Of a DNA stretch of 64,000 nucleotides, positions 1-8,545 are shown piece by piece; the stretch's first letter is position 1; every line of letters begins with the position of its first letter. The notes beneath the pieces were generated by a model. It did no database searches. It was given only the letters and a program-made list of their open reading frames with translations, and had not been told where the DNA came from. This stretch comes from Bacteroidia bacterium (GTDB lineage: Bacteria; Bacteroidota; Bacteroidia; J057; RFSG01). Made by a program: the position numbers and the translations under genes. The stretch is from the NCBI GenBank assembly GCA_040381555.1, contig JBEIHC010000001.1, positions 3,091 through 67,090 on the forward strand, given 5' to 3'.

Positions 1-173
1 GTCTAAGGCTGTTTTGATGTATTTTACGCTGACGCCTCCTAAAATCTGTGATTTGTGAAACTTATCTAGATTTTAGTGTAATATTACTTACTCTGATTTT
101 TTCACCTTTGTAGGGTAATCAATTGTACTTTTTTTAGGTCCTTTATTGTTTATTAAGTAGGGCTTACTCAGAA

Positions 174-347
174 AATTATTTTGTTATCACCAAGCGGTGT
201 TATGACCAAGCGACTATGTTTTTAATTGATTTATGGAATGTGTATGCACAAATTTTAGATATCTTGAACACTTTTCCTTACATTCTGTATTTGATATATC
301 TGTTTATATGCCTGTATTGCAACCATTTATTGCTTTTTGAAAAAGCC
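174..347 (+). repeat. Copy A of a ~170-bp dispersed direct repeat (partner at 2748..2927)
   Basis: Aligns by eye with 2748..2927 in the same orientation at roughly three-quarters identity. It starts with ttgttatcaccaagcgg and ends in a weak hairpin plus T-run (gcaaccatttattgcttttt). Confidence 0.7.
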
Positions 348-443
348 CTATTTGTTTATTTATTCTATCTTTTTATTAGAATTTATTTGTTCTTTTTTAA
401 TCGGAAATCGAATGCTGATTTTCCACTGGCTGATATATATTGA
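216..443 (+). CDS. Possible small hydrophobic peptide; its first ~40 codons are conserved with the sORF at 2806..2922
   Basis: Track ORF MFLIDLWNVYAQILDILNTFPYILYLIYLFICLYCNHLLLF... The same frame is open and similar in repeat copy B. It has no recognisable domain. Confidence 0.2.
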   Translation: MFLIDLWNVYAQILDILNTFPYILYLIYLFICLYCNHLLLFEKALFVYLFYLFIRIYLFFFNRKSNADFPLADIY

Positions 444-471
444 CCATTAAAACTCTGATGATACTTTGATA

Positions 472-2013
472 TCAGATTATTTCGATTTTTAGCTTCTTTA
501 TTTTAATGATATACTGCGTTCCTTGAGTTGTATTCAATTCCATATCTGCTCTTAATTGTTTTTGGAGTCCTTTTATTACCTTCATCCCAATGGAATTCAA
601 TTTCGAGCCACTCAAGATTTTTTCGTCAAATCCTGGGCCATTGTCCTGTATTTGAATCTCAACCCCTTCGTCTGAAACTATAGTATTAAACCACAGTTCT
701 GGATTTATTGATTTTTGGAATGCATGTTTAAACGAATTTAATAGAATTTCATTTATTAAAATCCCTAATGATACCATTTGACTTAAATCAGTTATGTTGA
801 AATCGACAATGTTAATGTTCTTTTTTAGTTGAGTGCCGATTGGGAACATATTTTCTAATCGCCTGACTAGATGATGCATATAATGATAAAACGATAATTG
901 GGCATAATTGCCATTAGAAGAAAGTAAATCATGAATCAATGCAATGTTTTGGACTCTTTGCTGTATTGTTTCCGAGTAGGCAATTGTTTCTTCACTCATG
1001 CTTGTATTCATTTGCATGTCAATGATGCCCGAAACAATGGCCAAATTGTTTTTGGTACGATGATGGAGTTCGGATAATAGTATTTCTTTTTCTTTAATCA
1101 TGTTTTCAAGTTTTGCGAATGATTCCCTTTTTTCGATAAACATTCCCAGCGTATTGGCTGTTATTTTAAGGAGTGATATTTCATCTTGTCGCCATAATCG
1201 TTCTTCAGAGCACGAATCAAAACCTATGAACCCCCAAAAACGATCCTTGATTCGAATAGGGATTAATAACAGTGAAATAATATCTTGGCCTTCAAAGACG
1301 GGTTGAATTTCAGGATCCATATTTTTTACATGGGTATTAATTATTTCTCCATTATTTAAAGGCGTAAATAAAGATGATATTCCATATTCAAACGGAAAGT
1401 TTTTTAGGTCTTCATTCTCAATTTGCTCACTTATACCGGTATTCACCCATTCATGTGTCATTGAGGAATAGATTTGATTTTCATAGCGATAGTTTTCAAA
1501 TATATATACACGGTCTATTTGTACTGTTTGACCAAGTAATTCAAGAGCATGATAAATGGATTCTTTAGAGTCTTCCTTATTTAATAAAATTTCAGTTATC
1601 TGATCCGAGGTCTTCATGATGTCAAGCATCATTTTTTGCTCTTTTTGAATTTCATCTTCTAAAGTGATGTCCCGAATGATGGCTATGGCTATTTTTTCAT
1701 CATTATATGTCATACTTCTCACAGAAGCTTCAACCGGAATCATGCTACCATCTTTTTTCCTGTGAAGTCCCTTGTTTATAACCAGCGAATCTGGTTCAAT
1801 CTCTGAAAAGTGTTTATCCCAGTCTTCCTGATTTTTGAATGTTGTCTCAACTATACTTATATGCTGGCCTTTCAGTTCCTCCATGCTATATCCTAGTAAA
1901 TCACAAGTTCTGTTATTACAATATATAAAATAGCCATGCTCATTGCATACTTGAACTGACTCTGAAAGCTGATTTAAAATTTGAACTAAAATTTCCGAAT
2001 TTTTTGTTATCAT
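472..2013 (-). CDS. Cytoplasmic PAS-GAF sensor histidine kinase (HisKA_2/HWE-like)
   Basis: N-terminal PAS-like segment, central GAF-like segment, H-box LHHRTKNNLAIVSGII typical of HisKA_2, and a C-terminal HATPase_c (DNGPGF). No TM helices are evident. Confidence 0.85.
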   Translation of the reverse strand: MITKNSEILVQILNQLSESVQVCNEHGYFIYCNNRTCDLLGYSMEELKGQHISIVETTFKNQEDWDKHFSEIEPDSLVINKGLHRKKDGSMIPVEASVRSMTYNDEKIAIAIIRDITLEDEIQKEQKMMLDIMKTSDQITEILLNKEDSKESIYHALELLGQTVQIDRVYIFENYRYENQIYSSMTHEWVNTGISEQIENEDLKNFPFEYGISSLFTPLNNGEIINTHVKNMDPEIQPVFEGQDIISLLLIPIRIKDRFWGFIGFDSCSEERLWRQDEISLLKITANTLGMFIEKRESFAKLENMIKEKEILLSELHHRTKNNLAIVSGIIDMQMNTSMSEETIAYSETIQQRVQNIALIHDLLSSNGNYAQLSFYHYMHHLVRRLENMFPIGTQLKKNINIVDFNITDLSQMVSLGILINEILLNSFKHAFQKSINPELWFNTIVSDEGVEIQIQDNGPGFDEKILSGSKLNSIGMKVIKGLQKQLRADMELNTTQGTQYIIKIKKLKIEII

Positions 2014-2042
2014 TGTATTTGAATATTTTGTGTAAAAATACG

Positions 2043-2411
2043 ATGAATTATATTATTGTTGAGGATGAGTTCATTATTAGAGAATCGATTTTTAATTTTC
2101 TCAGTAATAATATGCCAGAATTGAATTGTTCTGGCCAATTTGATTCTTTAGAAGAACTTAAGATTTTTCTTAATTCTCAGATACCATGCATGATATTTAT
2201 GGATATTAATCTTGTTGATGGTTCTGGATTTGATTTTGTACAGATTCTTAGGCTCGATAATATCAATATACCTATCATTTTTATTTCTGCCTATCCGGAA
2301 TTCGAAATGCCTTCAAAAATGCTTCAGAATACACAGTATTTGGTCAAACCCTTTAAAAAAGAGGATCTTATCCGAGTTGTAAATTTTGTTTTGACAAAGC
2401 AATCTGAATAA
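2043..2411 (+). CDS. Stand-alone response regulator receiver (CheY-like, no output domain)
   Basis: MNYIIVEDE..., phospho-acceptor context MIFMDINLVDGSG, and conserved K in YLVKPF. The ATG at 2043 is preferred over the track start at 2004. Confidence 0.85.
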   Translation: MNYIIVEDEFIIRESIFNFLSNNMPELNCSGQFDSLEELKIFLNSQIPCMIFMDINLVDGSGFDFVQILRLDNINIPIIFISAYPEFEMPSKMLQNTQYLVKPFKKEDLIRVVNFVLTKQSE

Positions 2412-2747
2412 GAATCAATTATTTGAGTTTAGTTTCATAATTTATTGGAGAAGTTCATTAATTCGAAGTTGGAGAGCTGTTTCGAATTTAAAGTATTGAT
2501 TTGTATATGTATATGTATATATGGTTTTGTTATTCCATTAATTGTTCAGATTGATGCTTTCCGAGATTTGTCTCTAATCAACGAATAATTGCATTTCATT
2601 TAATTCCATTCATCTGCATAGGCAGTAGTGTTCTGTCATTCATTATTTTCATAGTAGTTGGATTTATGACTAAAATTCTGTGTAAATAAATTGCCCTATA
2701 ACTACTACCCCTGATCTAATTCTGGCATCCTCAGCAAGTAACTGCAT

Positions 2748-2927
2748 AATTTTTATTGTTATCACCAAACGATGTTATCTCCAGAAAATCAGGCCATATA
2801 TTTTAATGGATTTATGGAATGCATGGGCACAGATATTCGACATATTGAATGCTTTTCCTTTCATTTTATGTTTGATATATCTGTTTAAATGCTTGTATTT
2901 CAAGCATTTAATGCTTTTTTAGTAAGC
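2748..2927 (+). repeat. Copy B of the ~170-bp dispersed direct repeat (partner at 174..347)
   Basis: Shares ttgttatcaccaaacga, ttttaatggatttatggaatg and cttttcctttcattttatgtttgatatatctgttta with copy A. It ends in the hairpin aaatgcttg/caagcattt and a T-run. Confidence 0.7.
2806..2922 (+). CDS. Possible 38-aa hydrophobic sORF (MDLWNAWAQIFDILNAFPFILCLIYLFKCLYFKHLMLF), paralogous to the start of 216..443
   Basis: Hand translation from the ATG at 2806 to the TAG at 2920..2922. It is below the ORF-track size cutoff. It is similar to copy A at the amino-acid level. Confidence 0.2.
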   Translation: MDLWNAWAQIFDILNAFPFILCLIYLFKCLYFKHLMLF

Positions 2928-2928
2928 T

Positions 2929-4824
2929 TTACTTACCTCGAGATTTTTCTAAAATTTCTTCCACTACTGCGGGATCTAGAAGAGTCGAAGTATCTCCTAA
3001 TTGCTCATATTCACCCTCCGCTATTTTCCTTAATATCCTTCGCATAATTTTCCCTGAGCGCGTTTTAGGTAAGCCACTAACTAGTATTATCTTGTCAGGC
3101 TTGGCTATTTTTCCAATTTTATAGGTTACCGCCTCCTGAATCTCTCCAATTTGAGTTTCCATACTTTTTTCACTCTGAATTGCTACCACAAAAGCGAAAA
3201 TTCCCTGACCTTTAATATCATGGGGAAATCCTACCACAGCAGATTCCATCACATCTGGTGCAGTGTTAATGGCATTCTCAATTTCGGCAGTGCCAAAACG
3301 ATGCCCTGAAACATTGATAACATCATCTACTCGACCAATAATGCGGTAGTTTCCTTTTTCATCTCTTTTTGCTCCATCACCGGTGAAATAGTATCCGGCA
3401 TAATTGCTGAAATAAGTTTGTTTACATCTTTCGTGGTCACCATAAGTGGTACGAATCATGGAAGGCCATGGAAATCGAATACAGAGGTAGCCTTCTTGAT
3501 TATTTTCTTCTATGATATTTCCGGAAGCATCTAATAAGACTGGTTGTATTCCTGGTAAGGGTAGGGTAGCATGGGTCGGTTTATGTTCCGTTATTCCAGC
3601 GAGATTACTAATCATTATTCCTCCTGTTTCGGTTTGCCACCAGGTATCTACGATTGGGCATTTTTCTTTACCAATATGCGTAAAATACCACCGCCAAGCT
3701 TCTTCGTTAATGGGTTCCCCAACAGTGCCCAAAGTTTTTAAGGTGTGCAAACTATAGGACAATACAGGATCTTCCCCCAAAGACATCAAGGATCTTATCG
3801 CAGTGGGGGCAGTATAAAATATATTGACTCCATATTTATCAATAATTTCCCAGAAGCGGGCAGGATGAGGCCAAGTGGGTACTCCTTCAAACATCACACT
3901 CGTAATGCCGTTGAGCATGGGGCCATACACTAAATAGGTGTGGCCCGTTACCCAACCAATATCCGCAGTGCACCAAAAAATGTCTTTTTCCTTGGGTTGA
4001 AAAACATTGAGAAAAGAATAGCCTGCATAAACCATATATCCTCCGCAGGTATGTACTACGCCTTTCGGTTTGCCTGTAGAGCCTGAAGTATACAGGATAA
4101 ACAATAAGTCTTCCGCATCCATCGGTTCAGCCGGAATAAAGTCTTCACCGTCTTGGAGAAAATCATGCATCCAAACATCTCTTCCTTGCTTCATCGGTAC
4201 ATCCCAACCTAAATGCGAAAGGACAATCACTTTTTCAACAAATGGGCAATTTTCCAGCGCTTCATCTACAATTCTCTTGACTGCTTGTTGTTTAGCTCCT
4301 CTATTTAAGCCATCTGAGGTTAGAATAACTTTAGCTTCTGCGTCTATAATTCTATCGGATAGTGATTGAGCTGAAAATCCTGCAAATACAACTGAATGTA
4401 CTGCCCCAATTCGAGCACAGGCTAATACCGAAAACGCTAGTTCTGGTACCATTGGCATATACAGACAGACCCTATCTCCTTTTTGTACACCTGATTTTTT
4501 TAAGGCTGATGCAATGCGACATACTCGAGTCAATACTTCTGAATAGGTGAAGGATTGAGAGGAATCCTTCGGGTCATTGGGTTCCCAAATGATGGCTGTA
4601 TGATTCCCTTTTTCAGCGATGTGCCTGTCAAGACAATTTTCGGTTATATTTAATTTTCCTCCCTTAAACCATTGAATGTCTGGTTCGGAAAAGTTCCATT
4701 CTAAAGTTTTTTCCCAAGGTTGAATCCATTGAAAATGAGAGGCTACATCCGCCCAAAATGCCTCCGGGTTGTCAATGCTTTGCTGACAGGCACTGGTATA
4801 TTTTTCTTTATCGGTAATTCTCAT
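2929..4824 (-). CDS. acs: Acetyl-CoA synthetase (AMP-forming)
   Basis: Full-length 631 aa with the AMP-binding motif YTSGSTGKPKG, WWQTETGG, and C-terminal PKTRSGKIMRR. Confidence 0.95.
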   Translation of the reverse strand: MRITDKEKYTSACQQSIDNPEAFWADVASHFQWIQPWEKTLEWNFSEPDIQWFKGGKLNITENCLDRHIAEKGNHTAIIWEPNDPKDSSQSFTYSEVLTRVCRIASALKKSGVQKGDRVCLYMPMVPELAFSVLACARIGAVHSVVFAGFSAQSLSDRIIDAEAKVILTSDGLNRGAKQQAVKRIVDEALENCPFVEKVIVLSHLGWDVPMKQGRDVWMHDFLQDGEDFIPAEPMDAEDLLFILYTSGSTGKPKGVVHTCGGYMVYAGYSFLNVFQPKEKDIFWCTADIGWVTGHTYLVYGPMLNGITSVMFEGVPTWPHPARFWEIIDKYGVNIFYTAPTAIRSLMSLGEDPVLSYSLHTLKTLGTVGEPINEEAWRWYFTHIGKEKCPIVDTWWQTETGGIMISNLAGITEHKPTHATLPLPGIQPVLLDASGNIIEENNQEGYLCIRFPWPSMIRTTYGDHERCKQTYFSNYAGYYFTGDGAKRDEKGNYRIIGRVDDVINVSGHRFGTAEIENAINTAPDVMESAVVGFPHDIKGQGIFAFVVAIQSEKSMETQIGEIQEAVTYKIGKIAKPDKIILVSGLPKTRSGKIMRRILRKIAEGEYEQLGDTSTLLDPAVVEEILEKSRGK

Positions 4825-4933
4825 AGGTTAAAACTAAAGGTTCTATTCTTAAAAATCAAATTTACCCATTTTAGTTGCTTATAGCAAACCAAAGCTTGCT
4901 TCAAACCCCGCCGGATGTCGTAAATTTGTAAGG

Positions 4934-5458
4934 ATGAGTTTCCTGATTCTTTATTCTCTGATTGGACTTGTTCTTTGCATCGCACTCTTACTACTGTTGC
5001 CTGTTGACATCAAAGTTCATACTCTCAAAGGGATTTATGAAATTCGATATGCAAAAATATTCCGTTTGGCATTTTGCTTTCGACCTCAACAGTATGGATT
5101 TGATCTGCTCTTTTCCCCTGGGTTCGGTTCCTTTCGATTCCCTGTCAGACCGGGAAAGAAAATCCGCACTTTCACCCGGAAGTCAAAGTCTGCTCCCCTT
5201 CGGAAATGGCATATTCGTCCTAATTTACCCTCCTTATTTAAACAAGTAGAGATTAAAGAATTCGAAATAGACCTGGATGCTTCCCTTCCTTGGCTTTCTG
5301 TTTGGATGAGCTACCTTTCGGATAGTTTAGCTCGCCTGTTTCAATTAAAATTAAATTTAAACCAACAGGGACTCTACGATTTGCGTTTCCAAGCAAGGTT
5401 AATTCCTTTGAAGTTAATCATCGCTCTTATTCAAAAATCTAGACTCATCCGATTTTAA
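4934..5458 (+). CDS. Hypothetical membrane-anchored protein
   Basis: N-terminal TM helix SLIGLVLCIALLLLLP. No recognisable motif. Confidence 0.45.
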   Translation: MSFLILYSLIGLVLCIALLLLLPVDIKVHTLKGIYEIRYAKIFRLAFCFRPQQYGFDLLFSPGFGSFRFPVRPGKKIRTFTRKSKSAPLRKWHIRPNLPSLFKQVEIKEFEIDLDASLPWLSVWMSYLSDSLARLFQLKLNLNQQGLYDLRFQARLIPLKLIIALIQKSRLIRF

Positions 5459-5527
5459 TCTTGATGACTTTTTATGATTATTGAGAATACGCTTAAATTT
5501 GATAGGATTATTCTGTATACAACTTAT

Positions 5528-7141
5528 ATGGCAACTGTCTTTTCACTGATTTCGAAGTTTAATTTTTTCTTCCTGATTGTATTCCTTTTGGGCTTCACCA
5601 ATTTAATCTGTAGAGCACAAGGAAATGATTTGGCCATCACCAATAATATCTATTTTGATGGAGAGCCTTATCTGATATCTAAACCCAGTGAACCGAATAA
5701 GTTGACGATTGCTTGGATGGGTTTTAATTTGCCAGATGGTATTAGAATTACCATAAGAAGCCGAACGAGTACGGATGGCGGACTTTCTTGGTCGGCACCC
5801 GTATCATTACCGCATTTAGACCCTGCCTATGGCTCAGCTGACCCAACCATGGCCTATGGTCCGGATGGTACTTTGTATTTGGTCTATATTGACTACAAGA
5901 AAAACCCAGATGCCGGTAAAATTGTACTCTGTAAATCTACTGATAGTGGTCTTACTTGGAGTGGTCCAACTCCAGTGATGGATATGACCGAAGATTTTCC
6001 TGAACGACCCATCGATAGACCTTGGCTGATTGCGGATGATACAAATGGGCCTACTAGTGGCAACTTATATTTAACTTCTAAGCCTGCGCCGTGGATTCCT
6101 GCCCCGAATAGATCGTATCATAAAAGATCGACAGATGGAGGATTGACCTGGTCCGGGTTGAGGTTTGTGGATACTACGAATTATTTAATTGGCAATTTAA
6201 TTCAGCAACCTATGGCCAGCCCTATGGTATATGCTGATGGGAAATACGCTATGCTCTATCCTTCTTATGTTCCTGCTCAGAATATTTATGGAGTCTTTTA
6301 TCAGGCATTATCCGCAGATGGAGGCCAATCTTTTCAATATAATACGGCACTCGTGAATTTCCAGGGGGTGCAGGATACTAATTATAAATTAGTTTATCAT
6401 GGCATGGCTCATCCAACCGATCCGAATCAGGCAGTGCTTGTCGGCACCAGCAATGCCAATGGGGATCCGGATATCCTACTGAGCCGTACAACGGATCAAG
6501 GTGCAACTTGGGGCCCTTATGTCCGAGTGAATCAAGATGGCCTCGCAAATGGGAAAGCCCAAGATATGGTTTGGGCCGCCTATAATGAGCAGGGGCATGT
6601 AGCTGTTGTATGGCGCGATCGGAGAAATGATTCAGGCTCAGGCTTTTTTGTTTCCAGTGAAATTTATGGCGCAGTTTCCAAAGATGGAGGGGTGACTTTT
6701 CAACCTGATTTTCCGCTCACTTCTGTGCCTGCCGCATTTGATTCTATCCTGCTTGAAAGTGGGAATGATATTTTAGGAGTTGAATTTTGTGGGGATACAG
6801 TATATGCCGCTTGGGGAGATGTTCGTACAGGTAAACTCAATATTTATTTTTCCCGAAAAGTTCTAGATGGAAGCACCGCTCAGGTTCAAGTCTTGACAGA
6901 AGACTATTATCCTCCAATAAGCATGCACCCTAATCCGGTTTCAACGCAAACAAAAGTATTTTTTGCCCCTGAATATTTGGGCGGCAATTGGCAGATTCAT
7001 GATGTTCAGGGTACGCTTATGTTCTCTGGGAATATTGAGCAAGAAATTCAGCTGCTTTCAGTTGAGGGTCTGTCTGCTGGAGCCTATCTTCTTTCAGGAA
7101 ATAAAGGCAGTTTAAAGTGTACCCTAAGTTTTGTGAAATAA
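5528..7141 (+). CDS. Secreted BNR/Asp-box beta-propeller (sialidase-like fold) with a T9SS C-terminal sorting domain
   Basis: Six Asp-box motifs (STDGGLSWS, STDSGLTWS, STDGGLTWS, SADGGQSF, TTDQGATWG, SKDGGVTF). Signal peptide from MATVFSLISK... C-terminal HPNPVSTQTKVFF...GAYLL pattern. Confidence 0.8.
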   Translation: MATVFSLISKFNFFFLIVFLLGFTNLICRAQGNDLAITNNIYFDGEPYLISKPSEPNKLTIAWMGFNLPDGIRITIRSRTSTDGGLSWSAPVSLPHLDPAYGSADPTMAYGPDGTLYLVYIDYKKNPDAGKIVLCKSTDSGLTWSGPTPVMDMTEDFPERPIDRPWLIADDTNGPTSGNLYLTSKPAPWIPAPNRSYHKRSTDGGLTWSGLRFVDTTNYLIGNLIQQPMASPMVYADGKYAMLYPSYVPAQNIYGVFYQALSADGGQSFQYNTALVNFQGVQDTNYKLVYHGMAHPTDPNQAVLVGTSNANGDPDILLSRTTDQGATWGPYVRVNQDGLANGKAQDMVWAAYNEQGHVAVVWRDRRNDSGSGFFVSSEIYGAVSKDGGVTFQPDFPLTSVPAAFDSILLESGNDILGVEFCGDTVYAAWGDVRTGKLNIYFSRKVLDGSTAQVQVLTEDYYPPISMHPNPVSTQTKVFFAPEYLGGNWQIHDVQGTLMFSGNIEQEIQLLSVEGLSAGAYLLSGNKGSLKCTLSFVK

Positions 7142-7232
7142 AGGAAGTGATTTTCTGAGACGCTTTTATCACTGTAACCTAAGTCACTCTATTCCTGAAT
7201 AATACTTCCGAACTTTGAGGCAAATTGGAAGT

Positions 7233-7544
7233 ATGGAAAAAGCTAAAGTAAGTTTTCAGGAATTGATACAGGGAGATGTTCCTGTTCTGGTTGATTTTTC
7301 AGCAGAATGGTGTGGGCCTTGCAAGATGATGGCACCCATATTAAAAGAAACATCTGGGAAATTCGGCGACACAGTTCGAATTATCAAAATCGATGTAGAT
7401 AAAAACCCAGGGCCTTCTGCTGCCTATTCAATCACCGGAGTCCCGACTTTGATAGTATTTAAAGGCGGGAAAATTCTTTGGCGTAAATCCGGTGTTGTTT
7501 CCGCAGGCGAATTAGCCCAAACCCTTCAGCAATTCCTTCCATAA
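7233..7544 (+). CDS. trxA: Thioredoxin
   Basis: Active site WCGPCK, about 104 aa. The ATG at 7233 is preferred over the TTG at 7215. Confidence 0.93.
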   Translation: MEKAKVSFQELIQGDVPVLVDFSAEWCGPCKMMAPILKETSGKFGDTVRIIKIDVDKNPGPSAAYSITGVPTLIVFKGGKILWRKSGVVSAGELAQTLQQFLP

Positions 7545-7546
7545 AA

Positions 7547-7570
7547 TAATCGGGTGCTGCACCCGATTAT
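7547..7570. terminator. Hairpin between convergent trxA and the TraB/GumN gene (possible bidirectional terminator)
   Basis: ataatcgggtg-ctg-cacccgattat, a perfect 11-bp stem immediately after the trxA stop. Confidence 0.6.
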
Positions 7571-8415
7571 CTTGGCTCGACGGTATAGCCTTTGGTACGA
7601 AGTTGTTGGATAATGCCGGTTTTTCCGGGTAAATGAAGGGCGCCTACCGCAATAAATGCTGAGCCCGCATCCTGCAAGGTTAGCGAAATACGCTCACTCA
7701 TCTTATCGTTACGGGAGTCAATTATTTCCTTCTTAAATAATGGGTCTGTTTCCCACTGATTGGCTAATGCGGCCAATTCATTGAGGTTTCCCTTTAGATA
7801 AGCTTGCATTAATCCCTCCTCTTCTTGCCCACTTTCTTGGGTATTCGCCTGTAAGAGTTCTACCAACATATTGGATTGGGCCTGTAAAGACAGGGTATTA
7901 ATAGCTGCTATTTGTTCTTCCAAAGATTCTAGCCCCAATACAGAAACCTTCCATTCTTGGGCCTTTTCTGCTAACCATAAATCTAACGCTTGGGGCATAT
8001 CCTTTGACATTTGCTTTTCTTGTATCATGGCCATCAGAAAGAATGGTTTCAGTTGATTAGCCATAGTCCAAGGTAAATGAAGGGAATCACTTGTCCATTT
8101 TTCCACTAATTTTTTTTCTTCGGGTTTCAACAGAACTTCCAAAGTAGAATCTTTGGGTGCAGACATTAATTCCATCATTTTGCTGGGGTCCGGTGTCTCC
8201 GTTGGGTTCAATTCCAAAATCAAGCGTTTACTCTGAATAAGTTTTTCTTGCCAGCCCTCTGGCAACTGAAAAACTCGAGAGTCCCGAACATGCATCGTTC
8301 CATAAATCCATGCTGATTCTTTCAGCCCATTGCCTCGGATTTCCCAAAGTAAACTTTGTGCCTGTAAAGCAACGCTGCTCGCCAGAACTACTGATAGAAA
8401 ATAAAGGATAGGCAT
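7567..8415 (-). CDS. TraB/GumN family protein (secreted)
   Basis: Signal peptide, GTMHV motif near the N-terminus and AVGALHLPG near the C-terminus. Confidence 0.8.
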   Translation of the reverse strand: MPILYFLSVVLASSVALQAQSLLWEIRGNGLKESAWIYGTMHVRDSRVFQLPEGWQEKLIQSKRLILELNPTETPDPSKMMELMSAPKDSTLEVLLKPEEKKLVEKWTSDSLHLPWTMANQLKPFFLMAMIQEKQMSKDMPQALDLWLAEKAQEWKVSVLGLESLEEQIAAINTLSLQAQSNMLVELLQANTQESGQEEEGLMQAYLKGNLNELAALANQWETDPLFKKEIIDSRNDKMSERISLTLQDAGSAFIAVGALHLPGKTGIIQQLRTKGYTVEPR

Positions 8416-8545
8416 AGTCTAATTCATGAACTAAAAGATTCACTAATACGCATACAGCGATTGAAAGATACAGGACCAAGGAGGTGCTATGCTTTCAAAC
8501 TGTTTTCCTGAGTTGAGTTTATCTTTTTAAACTTCTACCAAACAG

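Noticed and set aside
2503-2520. (GTATAT)x3 microsatellite in the receiver-acs intergenic region
   Set aside because: It has only three units in an AT-rich spacer and no obvious relation to a promoter or ORF. It is too short to argue for phase variation.
4962-5249. Alternate-frame ORF overlapping 4934..5458
   Set aside because: It is on the same strand in a different frame, shorter, and without TM or signal features. The longer frame is kept, itself only at low confidence.
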